The notes under the pieces: model-generated
The model's database searches: none
What the model was told of the DNA's origin: nothing
The model's input: the letters and a program-made list of their open reading frames with translations, nothing else
Made by a program: the position numbers and the translations under genes
NCBI RefSeq assembly: GCF_000143415.4
Contig: NW_003314317.1
Span: 124,001 to 188,000, forward strand
Length of the DNA stretch: 64,000 bases
Source of the DNA: Selaginella moellendorffii
Lineage: Eukaryota; Plantae; Lycopodiophyta
Reading direction: 5' to 3'
In this document: positions 49,257 to 61,063 of the stretch, one piece after another
How the letters are laid out: every line of letters begins with the position of its first letter
Position numbering within the stretch: position 1 is the first letter of the stretch

Positions 49257-49897
49257 ATGTCTAGTTCCCGTGCAATTCTCCTCGCGATCCTCGTCACCAT
49301 CTCTGCTGCATTCTCACCGGATGCACTCCAAGACTTTTGCGTGCGCGACACCAGCGCCGCTGCCCCCATCATCAACGGCTTCACCTGCAAGCCCGCTGCC
49401 GCCACTGCCGCTGCCGACTTCAAGTTCTCGGGCCTCCAGAAATCCGGGAACACCAACAACAAGCTTGGCTCCGCCGTCACCGCCGCAAACGTGATCTCCT
49501 TCCCGGGGCTCAACACCCTCGGAGTCTCCTTCGCAAGGGTCGACTACGCTCCATTCGGTCTCAATGCCATCCCCGGGGCACTGAGATCCTCTGCGTTCAG
49601 CAGGGGACTCTCTACGCGGGATTCGTGAGCACCACCAACAACACGCTCTTCGCGCAGACCTTGCATCCGGGTGATCTCTTTGTGTTCCCTCGGGGCCTTG
49701 TGCACTTCCAGCTCAATGTCGGCGAGACCCCCGCCGTGGCTCTTGCGGGATTCAACTCCCAGAACGCAGGTGTCACCGCAGTTGCCAAGGCCGTGTTTGC
49801 GTCCAATCCCGCCATCACCGATGCTGTGCTTGAGAAGGCGTTCCAGATCAATCCGGAGCTCGTCGACCGCCTCCGGGAGGTCATCATGGCCACTTGA
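49257..49897 (+). pseudogene. Germin-like copy C, frameshift deletion through the PHVH metal-binding motif
   Basis: AATGCCATCCCCGG versus AATGCCCCGCACGTCCATCCCCGG (-10 nt); also a 9-nt deletion at the signal cleavage site. Confidence 0.9.
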
Positions 49898-50084
49898 AAG
49901 AAAGAAGTGTGTTTCTCTTTGTGTATGATATTCTTTTTCCCCATTTGGATAAAACTAAATTTTGTTTCGAACATCTGGTTTTGTTAGCCACCTTTCCGCT
50001 AAAATTACAAAAAGATTCATGTAAACTACGCATTTTTAAATGATGCTCTGTTCTCCGACCGACTGTCCTATGCCCGTTCTATTC

Positions 50085-51128
50085 CTATGCGTGCATTTGC
50101 CGGAAGGGGCAGCGCAAGCCTCCATCGTAGTATGGTCCAAGCTTGCCTGATTTCAGTGCTCCCAGCTCCGCCAGCTTGTATCCCTTCTCGAATGCTGGTG
50201 GCCGATACACATTCACGTTGAGCTGCCGGTACTCTTCCGGATTGGCAGCGGGATTGGGACACCAGTCCACTTCAATGCTGCCCTTTGCATCCTCCACACG
50301 TCTGGGAGGCAAGAACACGGACACGAAGCTCCCGGCCAGCAGCCTGAACGCACCCAAGATGATCCACTCCACAATTGCTGGAGGCCTTTCCAATCCAACA
50401 GCGCTCCTGATTGTGGGATCGATGAGTGCACAGATCCCAGTCTCGACCAGCGGCTGCACGGGGCGAGGAAATGCATCCAGCACCAGATGCTTGAGATCCT
50501 GGACGATGCTCTTGTTCTTGTCCGTGAAGATGGCGTTCTTGGCCTCGTAATCGCGAATGTACTCCCGCATCTCTGGAATGCTACCTGGGATGGTTGTGAT
50601 GCCCATCCTCACGCCCACGTCGTGCCACACAACATACGCGGCCTCCTTCTCGCTGTCGGTCCACCTGCGGAATCCAAATCTCTCGGAGAAATCAATGGGG
50701 CTGACCACGTTGAGGCAGAGGACGTAGGCGAATTGGTCGTTTGGGATCTTGAATTTGTTGTGGATTCCATTCAATCTCCTCACCGCGTACGAGCCTCGAT
50801 CGCTGTCGACGTGGTGGTGGATCATCTCGCTCACCAGAATGTTGGTCTCGGCGGCGCGCTTCTGCGGATCCTTGAGGCCGTACTTGGTCTTGAAGAGCAG
50901 ATTTGTGATCCCCGGGATGCCGAGCGTGCGGATTGTGCCAAACTCGAGCGCCTTTTGCGAGAGGAAGGGGAATTCCACCGAGTACATGTACCACAGGATC
51001 TTGTGTGCGTCTCTCACGGGGTGGAGCGACGCTAGAAATCGTGCCCTCTCTTCTCTCTTGCGGATACACACCATCTTCCACGCTGCAGCCATCACGAGAA
51101 ACGCAATCATCAACACGATTGCAGCCAT
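50085..51128 (-). CDS. DUF2236/mpaB-like oxygenase, copy C
   Basis: Intact and near-identical to copy B. Confidence 0.8.
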   Translation of the reverse strand: MAAIVLMIAFLVMAAAWKMVCIRKREERARFLASLHPVRDAHKILWYMYSVEFPFLSQKALEFGTIRTLGIPGITNLLFKTKYGLKDPQKRAAETNILVSEMIHHHVDSDRGSYAVRRLNGIHNKFKIPNDQFAYVLCLNVVSPIDFSERFGFRRWTDSEKEAAYVVWHDVGVRMGITTIPGSIPEMREYIRDYEAKNAIFTDKNKSIVQDLKHLVLDAFPRPVQPLVETGICALIDPTIRSAVGLERPPAIVEWIILGAFRLLAGSFVSVFLPPRRVEDAKGSIEVDWCPNPAANPEEYRQLNVNVYRPPAFEKGYKLAELGALKSGKLGPYYDGGLRCPFRQMHA

Positions 51129-51411
51129 GTTGAAATTGATCGATCTGATCAACTTGATTGGAGAATGGCTGCTTCTGTTTTCTACTCCTCTGTGGGTTGA
51201 GGAAACAGAGGCTGGAGAAGGGTCTTTTATACTATCAGAGCTCGTTTTTTTTATTTCCGTGTGATCCGTATTTTGTACCATACACGTAGCCATATACTTG
51301 GGATTTTTGTTTTATTCGGTGCACGTTTTCCATACAGTTATTTGGTGAAACTCACGTTTAAGATAATTCATCATGCACAAAGTAATCTTAATTACCAGAT
51401 TTCCACGAAAC

Positions 51412-51970
51412 TTTAATCGCACCGGCTTTTCTTCCGTTACATAAAACCCTGTTCTGGCCTTCGCCGTTGCTCCTCTTCCTTCCTCTTGGGTTCGTACACC
51501 TCCGCCACATCTACGATACATGATTTGATGCACTTGCTGCAAATCGGGCACTTCATCTGGATGGTTGCCATTTGCACCGCGCACTCCTCACACATGAGCA
51601 GCAGCACTTTTGTTCTCCGGCCCTCCCTCCATACACTGCACTCAGGATCCAGCAACATATTTATCCTGTAGCTGGCATATGGCTTAGGCATTGTACAGTG
51701 TACGAAGAACTGCTACCCTTCTGCCATATCCGTGATCTTGGCCCCGAGCACGTACTTGATGGGAGCGAAGCCGTCTCTCATGGCTTCCAGCACAAGCCGT
51801 CCCTGGCAACTGCCCAAATCTCCGCGGATTGTCGTGAGGATGAGATCCACCAAGGAGCCCAAGTCGAAGAACCAGGTCCTTCCCAGGCCCAAAACCATAG
51901 GCTTGTGATCTTCGGTGAGATCTGGGAAGAGTGATTGTTGATGTGTTCTTGTTGTTGCTGCGAAACATTT
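51412..51970 (-). pseudogene. RING-HC gene remnant, copy C
   Basis: ECSVW...MCEEC..KCPIC; PCNH segment deleted. Confidence 0.65.
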
Positions 51971-52407
51971 GCTGCTAAAGGGAAGTTGTTTGAACCACTA
52001 TTGAAGATGTTGTGAGTGCTGCCCAAAGAAGCCAAAGTTGCTTTAACGTGGTGGTGGTGGGAGGCCCGGAGGAAAGACTGTGATTGTAGCGAAGAAGAAC
52101 TGTTAGCCATGAGTAAATACCTAGAAAGCTCTACTTTTTTCCTAATCTTTAAATTAAGCCAGAGTTAGATTTTTATTTCCTTTTTATGTACATTCATAAA
52201 TAGAAAATAAAAGTATAATTATCATATTTCTAATTAGAAATAATATAGCTTTGTTCAATCTTAGAGTTGAACTTGTAAAACATGGACGCGTTAAGGTTAA
52301 CTGGATACTCCTTGTTTTTGACATTGGTTTTGCTTGCTCACTGGTTTGATAAAACTTCAAGAAGTGATCACAATCAGTCTGTGAAGTTTTACTCAAAGGG
52401 ATGTAAT

Positions 52408-55332
52408 TCAAGATTCGGTTCTGGAGATAATTTGCTCAAGCTGGGCATGCTCTTCCCACCTCCCCGCAGCCGAATAGATATTCGCCATGAGAACGTAAGC
52501 CGCAGCTTTCTTCTCCTCCATCCTCACAATCTCCTCAAACGCTACCCTTCCAAACTCCACATTCTTCCACTTCGCACACGCCGCCAGCACCGCCATCCAA
52601 ATCCTCACGTTTGTTTCCACCGGCATGCGCCTCAAAACACCCACAGCCTCCTCGATCCGGTTTGCTCGTCCCAGCAAATCCACCATGCAAGAGTAGTGTT
52701 CGATCCCAAGAGCTAAATCGCCTGTTTTCTTCATCGTCTCAAAGAGCTCCCTGCCTCGATCGACCAGTCCGGCATGGCTGCAAGCTGTGAGAACCGAGAG
52801 GAAAGTCACGGCATCGGGCTTGCACCGCTCCTCTTGCATCCTCTCGAACGATTCAAACACCTTGGCGGTGTTTCCTTGATGGCTGTATCCTGCTATTAGA
52901 GCGTTCCAAGTTACCGAGTCTCTCCTCCCTTCAAGAGTGGCAAACACTCGCTCGGCTTCCACCATGCTGCCGCATTTGCCGTAGAAATCCACCAGAGAGT
53001 TTCCAACAATCGGGTCCATGTCGAGTCGAGCACTACGGATCAGCGCGTGAACTTCTCTGCCGGTTGCCATAGCTGCGAGGCTTCCGCAGGCCTTGAGAAC
53101 AGCGACGAAGGTGACGCAGTCTGGAGAACAGCAGCCTTCCGCCAGCATTCGCGAGTAGAGTTCCAGAGCAGTGCCGCTCTCGCCGTTCTCCTGATAGCCC
53201 ATGATCATTGCCGTCCAGGAAACTGTGTCTCGGTGCTTCGTCCTGTCGAAAACCTCGCGAGCTTCTTCCAGGCTGCCACACTTGACGTACATGTCCACCA
53301 GGGAGCTCGCGACGAACATCTCCATCTCAAGCCCCATGCTCACGGCTCTGGAGTGGATGTCCCTGCCTTTAAGCAAGAACTCCGGCTTGCGAGCCTCGCT
53401 TCTTGTTGCAGCACTAGCACAGGCCTTGAGAACCGCAACGTAACTCCGAGCGTCTGGTAGAATCCTGTCCCTTATTTGCATGCGGTCGAAGAGCTCAAGA
53501 GCTGATTCTCCGTCCCCGTTCTCGGCATAGCCGAGAATCAAAGTGTTCCACAGTACCAAGTTGCGGCCCTTGATCCTGTCAAAAGCTCGGCGGGCACACT
53601 CAATGTTCCCACACTTTGCGTAGGCGTCCACCAGGCTGCTCGCCACGAAAATGTCTTGGTCCAGTCCAGTTTTTGCAGCTCGAGAGTGTATCTCTTTCAC
53701 TCTCTGAAAACAGCAGGCCTTGATAGCTTTCCCTTCCACCTGTTTGCCTTCCACCTTTGGTACCACGCTTAAACAGGCCTTTACTGCTGCGAGATAAGTC
53801 ACGCGATCTGGAGTCCACCCTTCTTCTTGCATTCTCCAAAACAGCTCAACAGCAACTTCACCCTCCTTGTTCTCGGTATAGCTTTGAATCAGTGCACTCC
53901 ACGAAGCTACGTCGCGCGTCCGCATCTTGTCAAACACTCGCTGAGAATCCATCAAGCTTCCACACTGCGAGTAAACGAAGATCAAACTGTTTGCGAGGAA
54001 GTGATCCAACTTGCAACCGCACTTCATTGCCTGCGAGTGAATTGCCATGGCTTGCTCCAAGCACGTAAGTTTCACCATCTTTCCACCGAATTCCTGTAGC
54101 CTTTCCGTTGTATCCGCTGTAAAAGCCGCGCAGGCTTTCAGTGCCGCAAGGAAAGTAACTCGATTGGGCCTGAAGCCTTCACTTTGCATCCCGACGAATA
54201 ACTCCAAACCCAGCCCGCCTTCACCATTCTCGGCATAAGCTAGAATCATCGCATTCCAGGACACCAAAGTGGGCTGGATCATCCTGTGAAAGACCCCGTT
54301 GGCGTCGACTAAACTTCCACAACCAGCGTACGTAGAGATCAGCGTGTTGGCCACCGAAGAACCGATTCCACACCCATCTCGAGCAGCCAGAGAGTGTATT
54401 GCTAAAACCTTCTCCAGGCACTGAACCTTCACAGCTTTCCCGTTTATCTTCTCGCCTCTCTCCTTCTCTGCCAAGTCCGAGCAGGCCTTGAGAAGAGCGA
54501 TGAAAGTTACCGAGTCGGGAGCACAGCCATCTCCTTCACTTCTCATGCTTGAGAAAACGTCCAAAGCCGACTGCCCGTCACCACCCTCGGCATAACCCAG
54601 CACGATCGAGTTCCAAGTAACCACGTCGCGTTTCACCATCCTGTCAAACACGGCCCGGGCGTCCACCAAGCTTCCACACTTTGCGTACATATCCACCAGA
54701 GTGCTGGCCACGAATATGTCCGAGTTTAATCCGCTCCTCACAGTTCGAGCGTGAATCTCTCGTCCAGTCCCTAGCGCTGCGAGCTTGACAAGCTTTCCTC
54801 CAACTCTTCTCCCTTCTTCTTTCGCAGCAAACCGAGAGCAGGCCTTGATCGCTGCCAGGAAAGTCACTCGATTCGGAGCAAGGCCCTCGACGTCCTCCAT
54901 GCGAGAGAAAAGCTCCAAGGCCTCTTCGCAGCCTCCATTCTCCGCATAGCCCAGGATAATGGTGTTCCACGACACTAGATCGTGCTCCCGGATCCTCTCA
55001 AACACGCGCCGAGCCTCCACCATGGAGCCACACTTCGCGTACATTGCCACCACACTGTTGGCCACAAAAACGTTTGAGTCGTCCCCATTGCTAGCAACAT
55101 CCATATGAATTCGCTTACCGGATTGGAGGTCGCGCGCGCTGCCACACCACTTCAATGCGGCCAAGACGACTGGAATCCCCGGCCGGATCCCGCGAGCGCG
55201 CAGCTCCTCGTAGATTTCGCCGCCCGATCTAGAGCTCATGGGGGGATGTGGCCACGGCGGCTTGGCGTGATCCGAAATATGCGTCTGGGGGAGACCGCCC
55301 ATGCTCCTCAAGAAAACCCTATCTAGTGACAA
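52408..55332 (-). CDS. PLS-class PPR protein ending in an E domain (no DYW); start codon uncertain
   Basis: Repeated LVDMYAKCGS..A..VFD.M..RDVV.WN motifs; terminal HYSCMVDLLGRA..YVLMANIYSAAGRW. Confidence 0.92.
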   Translation of the reverse strand: MSLDRVFLRSMGGLPQTHISDHAKPPWPHPPMSSRSGGEIYEELRARGIRPGIPVVLAALKWCGSARDLQSGKRIHMDVASNGDDSNVFVANSVVAMYAKCGSMVEARRVFERIREHDLVSWNTIILGYAENGGCEEALELFSRMEDVEGLAPNRVTFLAAIKACSRFAAKEEGRRVGGKLVKLAALGTGREIHARTVRSGLNSDIFVASTLVDMYAKCGSLVDARAVFDRMVKRDVVTWNSIVLGYAEGGDGQSALDVFSSMRSEGDGCAPDSVTFIALLKACSDLAEKERGEKINGKAVKVQCLEKVLAIHSLAARDGCGIGSSVANTLISTYAGCGSLVDANGVFHRMIQPTLVSWNAMILAYAENGEGGLGLELFVGMQSEGFRPNRVTFLAALKACAAFTADTTERLQEFGGKMVKLTCLEQAMAIHSQAMKCGCKLDHFLANSLIFVYSQCGSLMDSQRVFDKMRTRDVASWSALIQSYTENKEGEVAVELFWRMQEEGWTPDRVTYLAAVKACLSVVPKVEGKQVEGKAIKACCFQRVKEIHSRAAKTGLDQDIFVASSLVDAYAKCGNIECARRAFDRIKGRNLVLWNTLILGYAENGDGESALELFDRMQIRDRILPDARSYVAVLKACASAATRSEARKPEFLLKGRDIHSRAVSMGLEMEMFVASSLVDMYVKCGSLEEAREVFDRTKHRDTVSWTAMIMGYQENGESGTALELYSRMLAEGCCSPDCVTFVAVLKACGSLAAMATGREVHALIRSARLDMDPIVGNSLVDFYGKCGSMVEAERVFATLEGRRDSVTWNALIAGYSHQGNTAKVFESFERMQEERCKPDAVTFLSVLTACSHAGLVDRGRELFETMKKTGDLALGIEHYSCMVDLLGRANRIEEAVGVLRRMPVETNVRIWMAVLAACAKWKNVEFGRVAFEEIVRMEEKKAAAYVLMANIYSAAGRWEEHAQLEQIISRTES

Positions 55333-55344
55333 TTAGCAAAACCA

Positions 55345-55800
55345 GTTAGAAGGAAAGAAGCTCACATGACATTCTCTACGAGAAAAATCTCCACTTTTGC
55401 TTGTAGTTCTTCTTGTGCGGGACGTCATCCGGTGGTTTTGGTTTCGCTGCTACCATGCCTTCCACTCGCTGGCGGCCTTGATCTGCGAGGCTGGCGGCTC
55501 CAGTGCATCACTGCGAGCTCGCCACTTTGATCGGCGAAACCAGTTACACTTTGGAGCTAGCGGCTTTGATCTGCGAAACCGGTTCCACCACTTTCGCGCT
55601 GGCAGCTTCGATCTCGTCTTTGTTCCACCTGCGAGACTTTGATCTGCGCTCCACCGCAGAGGCCATAAATTCCGGGGAAGACAAAAAAGGCTCCATCACC
55701 CTTGTTGCCGGTGTCACCGTGGTTGCCAAGGCCGTGTTCGCATCCAATCCTACCATCACGGAAGGTGTTCCAGATCAGTCCGGAGCTCGTCGATCGCTCA
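55345..55800. pseudogene. Fragments: COP1-interacting-like 3' end (-) joined to a germin 3' end (+)
   Basis: Matches ~61895-62280 with deletions, then [18 protein letters not shown]. Confidence 0.75.
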
Positions 55801-57319
55801 TCTAGAGATCCTCAGGCGGTGACGATTGCCGGAAGGGCAGCGCGGGTTTCAGTGCTCCCAGCTAAAGACATTGTCATCTTTCTACGTTTCTTCCGCCATA
55901 GCTCCATTTTGACGGTTTTTCTTGAAGATCACATCGACCTTGGCGTACATGGTTCTTTTTATCAAAGGAATGGATCTGCTTCGCATTTGGATTCGAGAGT
56001 TATACAAGTTCTACCATATAATCTCTTGCCTTTTTAATTTTACTCTTTTTCTTTTTATATTCTGCTGCCAATCGGATAGTCTATATAAAGTAAGGATTAT
56101 TAACAGGTTCTTAAATACTATAAACTTCCCACTTTTATTTACAGAAGGCTAGAGTGTATGACCAAAACATTATAAATTTCCCTTTGTTTTAAATTAAAAA
56201 TGATTAATTAGTGGTGAACTAACATTAATCTTAATCTTGTGTATGACTTTTGAGGTGATTTTCCATCATGAGGGATGGAAACCTTTGTATCAATTATGGG
56301 AAACAAAATACAAATAAAGGCTTTAGTGAGAAGTAAAGAATAAATGGATGGTGTAATGGAAAGTAACAATAGCACTATTGATAAACCTATGGCCATAGTG
56401 ACAATTAACACTAAAGTATGAATAGCAATGGTTTATCTATGCTCATTCATCTTGGTATTTATAAAGTTCCCTTCCACAGTAAGCCATTAATAATAATAGA
56501 GTAGTTACTTAATAGCACAATCCTTTGAAAACAAGGGTAATGAAAGAGCCTTTATAAAGATATTAGCCAAGCAATATTCTTTTTACACACTTCAAATGAA
56601 ATAATAGTAATATGTATCAATATACATTTATAGACATGAAGTAAAGAGTTAGATTGTTTGCCAAAGCAATATCTAATTGATTATCACAATATAAAAATGT
56701 CGTTAATGATATCAATCATAAGTCAGTCTCTATAGCCATAATTTCATGAATAACTAGACGAATGGCAATATATTCAAATTTTATAGATAATACTGCTCTA
56801 CAATGTTGATGCTTAGAAAATGAAGACAACATTAGAATTGTAAAAAAGACATGGATTAAGAATGAGTTCTAGAGCGAGTATAGATAGTGCCATGATTAAT
56901 TGTTCTTTTAAATTATCAAAAAACTCATTTTATTCAATTCCTAACAATATTTTATTAAGCTTAGATACTGCTCTAAAGAACTAGCAATATATAGGCTGAG
57001 TAGCATTGTGAATGTGCTAACTAAACTTTAATACTCCAAAATAGTAGTGTAAAGAATAAATTCCACAAAATAAAAGATCCTAAAATCATGATTAAAATGA
57101 TAAAAAGTTTGGGTGGGATGAGATTGAGTTTGAGATCTAATCTAAAAACAATTGCAAGATTGTAGCACACTTTATTTCTTTCCCCTTAAGCCAATTGGAA
57201 AAGGGGCAATTGCTTGATGAGAGAGCCCTTAGTGGCTATTTTATTCCCATTTATCCTCCAAGGTTCCAAGGATCCACAGTGATAGTATATTCAAATCTCA
57301 TCTCATGATCACATGCGCT

Positions 57320-57480
57320 ACAAAGATTGAGTCCGAGACTAAATTCAAAACCAAATTTGAGATCAAATATGAGACTAAACTTGAATACTAATACAAATTA
57401 TAGGGTAAAAGCTCAAAGCACTTGTTTCCTAGGGGTTATAAAGGGTTTCAAAAGTATAATAAGGAGAGTGAGGCTAAGAA
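57320..57480 (-). repeat. Decayed inverted copy of the 12240-13980 repeat family
   Basis: AGGGTAAAAGCTCAAAGC..CAAAAGTATAATAAGGAGAG aligns with the reverse complement of ~13140-13260. Confidence 0.5.
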
Positions 57481-58201
57481 CCTAATCTTAAAACTCTTTA
57501 ATAATGCTTTTATATTGTATTAGGATTTTGACTAAGAGTTAATAGCCTTGGTTAGTGGATTTAAGAAGTGCTAAAAAGGCTTCTCAAGGAAGTGTTCAAA
57601 AGTAACTCCCATCCAACCACCCTCGAGCTACCTCAAAAGCTCCACTATGCCACCACTCCATTATAAGCCCTAGGGTAGGTTAAATCCCTTACTTTAACAT
57701 AAAAAAGAAATTAACTATGATGCTCTTAACTTGGGTGGAGTGATGCTCCATTTAAGTACTATAAGGCCTTACACCTTTTTAAAGGGCTTGAGTGTTTTTT
57801 TAGGACAAAAGTGAGGAGTTAAAGTACCTAGATTGAGCTGTTAGGCCATAGTGTTTCCATCTAAAGTCTTGAACTAAAAAATGTGTTTAAAACTTTAGAT
57901 ATAAATGGTTTTATAAACAAGTTTTGTTATACCAAAGGGTGTTAATAACTTAGAAGTTTGGTATGCTTGGTTGCTTATGTGTTTGAGAAGTGTAACTAAA
58001 CCTGACCAAACCTTAAGTTTAATCTATCTCGGAAAAGGGATTAGGAAAAAAAGTTTAAGAATTTGTGAAGAGATAATTAACACCTCACTGAGTAGTTGAA
58101 GCTAAATAGAAGCAAGTAAAAGTTAATATAATAGGAGTGGACTTTAGTAAGGGAATTTATTTACAACTAAAGGTAAATATAGGTAAGCAATATAACAAAA
58201 G

Positions 58202-58205
<4 letters not shown>

Positions 58206-58259
<54 letters not shown>
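58206..58259. repeat. (TA)n microsatellite
   Basis: ~27 TA units. Confidence 0.97.
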
Positions 58260-58262
<3 letters not shown>

Positions 58263-60039
58263 ATGTTGGAATTCTATAGGCTACAACCATGCCCAAATAT
58301 GTATATAATAATGAAATATTATAAAGATTTAGTAAAATAAATGAGTTTAAATAAATTTACAAAAGAATTAAAGATTGTAGTACCTTGCTCAATATTATGG
58401 ATATATTTCAATGCCAAGGCAATAGCAAATAGAACTACCATCTACTATATCAAAAGTTCTTAATTGTGAATTAATTAATTTTAATAGGAAAACTTGAATG
58501 ATTTGGTCATAATAATAGTACTATTAACATAAGAGAGTAATGGAAAAGAAAAATAATGGTATATTCTTAAAATAAAGAATCTACATCAATTGAGTGAGTT
58601 TGAAACTCTTCTCCACGTAAATATGCATTCTTCTTCATAGAGATAAGTCAAAATAGTGGTAGAATGTAAGCATTGACATAAATACTACTCTAAAAGAAAA
58701 GTTAAGCAAGATAAAAATCTTTATAAAGTGAAGCCTTATGCTCAATAAAAAGGTCCCTTTCATAGATATAAAAAAGGACATTAAAATAAAATAAAAAATT
58801 GAAAAATTACTAACACAAAGTTACTATAAGTGATATTAACAACCTCTAACACATGCTTGGAATTCAAAGCAATTTAGATCTTAGTCCACCAACTAAATAT
58901 AATTGTCAATGTTATCAAATAGGAAGTGATTGAAAGAGCCTAGAACTTGAAGAAGCCATGTCAACAAGACAAAACAAATTTACCATGATAAAATCCTCAA
59001 GAAAGTGATAAAAAGAAAATATAAAACTACATTGACACTTAAATTAAGTTTTAAAATTATAATAAAATTTGAATCCAAGAACAAATACTTCATAGTCTAA
59101 GTAGTCTGAATTTTAAAACTGGCATCCGATAGAAAATTTTTAGGAGGAAAGAAATGTACAAACCCATAAACACTGTTAGTTAGTTAAACCCCAATCTATT
59201 TGAGGGTTTTTAATGAATTATTTTCAATCAAGATCATGAGTATATACAATAAAATATACCCCCCATAAATCCCAGCAAGTATAAGCAAGCACTAGCGAGG
59301 TGAAATCTAGTGACAAGCATGCCATATTGCTAGCAGCTGCCGAACAAGGAGATAGTAGGTGACCCACGGTATAACCCATCCTCTAGGTTAAAGATTGAAC
59401 TAGAAATCACACTAGAATCTATCCTGGTGGATCCTACAAGCCCCCAAGAGAGCTCCCTAGGCTAAGTGCCCTCCTCTTCATTCTTTAAGCCTCTTGGCCA
59501 TGGAAAAGTCGCTTCTCATCTTGCGCTGGCAGTGCCGCTGCCGCAGAATCTTCTCCTATCCACCGCCAAATCCACCACCAAATCCATGCCGCATTGATCA
59601 AGATTCAAAAACACACCACAATCTTGGATCTCCGAGATTCACCATTGATACCTTGAATCAACCGATTAGCCCAGACTAGGCACTGTGCACGGCTTTGCCA
59701 CCTAGGGTACCAAGCTCCTCGCCTCTCATGGACAGTAAACATGCAGAGAGGTGTTAAAGGGCATCTTCAATCTGCTTCAATCTGAAAGATATACTAAAAC
59801 CATGATGCCACAACCATTCTTTGTTTGGCTACAAGCAGTTGGTGCTCCAATTACCCATCCAGCATGTCCTCTCAAAAGCTAGTGATGAGATTCTTAAAGC
59901 TACAGGGGGAAGCGGTTGGTCTTTTTAAAGGTGCAATCCAAGAACAAACAAAAGCCAGGCTCCCATTGTCTTATGGAGCATATTCTATTTTTCTACACCT
60001 CTCTCCTAAAGGTTAACAAAAAACGACTATAAACTTTAT

Positions 60040-61063
60040 TTAACAAAATGTTTTAGAAGCCCATGCATGTTTAACTACTGGTTTAATATTCAATGTTGTC
60101 TGATATGTAAAATATAAAACTAAGTTACAGTCATNNNNNNNNNNNNNNNNNNNNNNNNNNNNNNNNNNNNNNNNNNNNNNNNNNNNNNNNNNNNNNNNNN
60201 NNNNNNNNNNNNNNNNNNNNNNNNNNNNNNNNNNGTCATCTTGCAAGTATTAAATTCGCATTTTCATGGGCAATTATTATTATTACAGTAGGTATTTGAA
60301 TGCCAAAAGAACATTTGTTATTAAAAGAATATAGGACTAAATTTCCATCTTCTTGTAATCTTAAAACACACTTCAAGCCTTTGTTTGATGTTTTAGTTGA
60401 CCATAAAACTCTATTTTCTGCATATAATATTAAATTACAATCAATGCCTAGATATAGATGTGATTTTTTATTTAAAGAAACTAAAACTTGTGTTGGCAGT
60501 AAATATTGATGTGGCATATTAATATAACCACTTATTAATGTAAATGTAAAAATGTTACATCTTGTTTCTATTTGTGATATAATTTGTTCTTGGTATTGGG
60601 AATTATTATATATATTATTTTCTAAACTTTGAAGGTTATAATTTCTAATAAAATAGTAAATAATAAAATGGTTAGATTTTATAATAATATATGAAGCAGC
60701 TGAATTTATTATTTCATAATAAGAGTTTGCTAAAATCTCATATAATGAGCTTCTTATAATAGATCCTGCTTCTGTATGACCCTCATTTGTTAAATGACAA
60801 AGTAATTGAACTGTATCCAAAGCAAAAATCCCAAATCCAACATCATTATTTGAATTGATTAATACATTTCCATGCAAACTTTGACCTAAAGGAATTATAT
60901 TGTCAGGTATTTGATTAATTGCTTTTGAAATAGTAATTATAATTCTTTTTGCTACTTCTGCACTTATAACATTAATTATACCAATTTCATAATTAATATT
61001 TTCAGCATAAATGCTCATAAATGCTAGAAATATCAAAGTAGCTAGTAACAGTTTTACAAGCAT
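60040..61063 (-). pseudogene. Secreted protein with C-terminal bulb-type (GNA) mannose-binding lectin domain; frameshifted
   Basis: Signal peptide; DCNLILY, LQEDGNLVLY and QDD..DCNLVLY (QxDxNxVxY motifs). Confidence 0.7.
60135..60234. other. Assembly gap (100 N)
   Basis: Run of N. Confidence 1.

Noticed and set aside
56150-60000. AT-rich block with short ORFs, possibly LINE or gene remnants
   Set aside because: No recognisable motifs; likely decayed repeats
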